Shown one piece after another: positions 63,754-64,000 of a DNA stretch of 64,000 nucleotides. Under the pieces are notes generated by a model. It saw nothing but the letters and a program-made list of their open reading frames with translations, was not told the origin of the DNA and did no database searches. The translations under genes and the position numbers were made by a program. Source of the stretch: a virus. The DNA lies in IMG/VR virus record IMGVR_UViG_3300040944_000171, positions 6,627 to 70,626 of that record; one strand, given 5' to 3'. How positions within the stretch are numbered: position 1 is the stretch's first letter; each line of letters begins with the position of its first letter.

Positions 63754-64000
63754 TCGAGCCCGCCTACTCGGACGGCCTGGCCACCTGCTACCAGGGCGAC
63801 GCCTTGGCGGTGCTCCGGGAGTTGCCGGCGGCGAGCGTGGACTGCGTAGTGACGAGTCCCCCGTACTGGGGCCTCCGCGACTACGGCACCGGCGCCTGGG
63901 AGGGCGGCGACCCTGCCTGCGAGCACCGAGGTGTGGCGGGCCGGGGCGGCGACCTAGAGGACCAGCGGAAGGCGGGAGCGCTGGGCCATGTCCCCGGGGC
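63750..64000 (+). CDS. N4/N6 DNA methyltransferase, truncated by window edge
   Basis: YQGDALAVLRELP..SVDCVVTSPPYWGLRDY. Confidence 0.9.
   Translation, partial: MIEPAYSDGLATCYQGDALAVLRELPAASVDCVVTSPPYWGLRDYGTGAWEGGDPACEHRGVAGRGGDLEDQRKAGALGHVPG

Overview
The whole window looks viral: a very GC-rich, gene-dense virus or provirus of a high-GC monoderm bacterium, judging by peptidoglycan hydrolases, an LPXTG-like anchor, leaderless promoters and a TTGTCCACA DnaA box. No terminase, portal, HK97 capsid, tail or integrase gene is recognisable. Instead it carries two adjacent beta-rich capsid-like proteins, a spike-like protein and many small membrane proteins, which suggests a tailless, membrane-containing virus (inference). 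Layout: structural cluster (0.2-7 kb, minus); glycosyl/methyltransferase cluster with an intein and an HNH gene (7.7-12.4 kb); a complete 4.1-kb IS1-family transposon with Dam-type cargo (15740-19880); endolysin; a coupled array of about 16 unrelated small genes, most ending in the same Arg/His peptide tag RRR(A/T)(A/V)P(L/V/I)H(T/S/H)H(A/T/G)HGGR* (22.0-28.4 kb, the most striking feature); a TA pair; primase-helicase with candidate origin repeats; Cys-rich membrane-anchored CHAP and transglycosylase; a second structural cluster with a capsid paralog, an AAA+ ATPase and a protamine-like peptide carrying the same tag motifs; early small genes; a repressor and DNA methyltransferases. A shared GATCTCCC-N20/21-TANNNT promoter motif marks the scattered structural genes. 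Family assignments are by eye from motifs, not from database searches.
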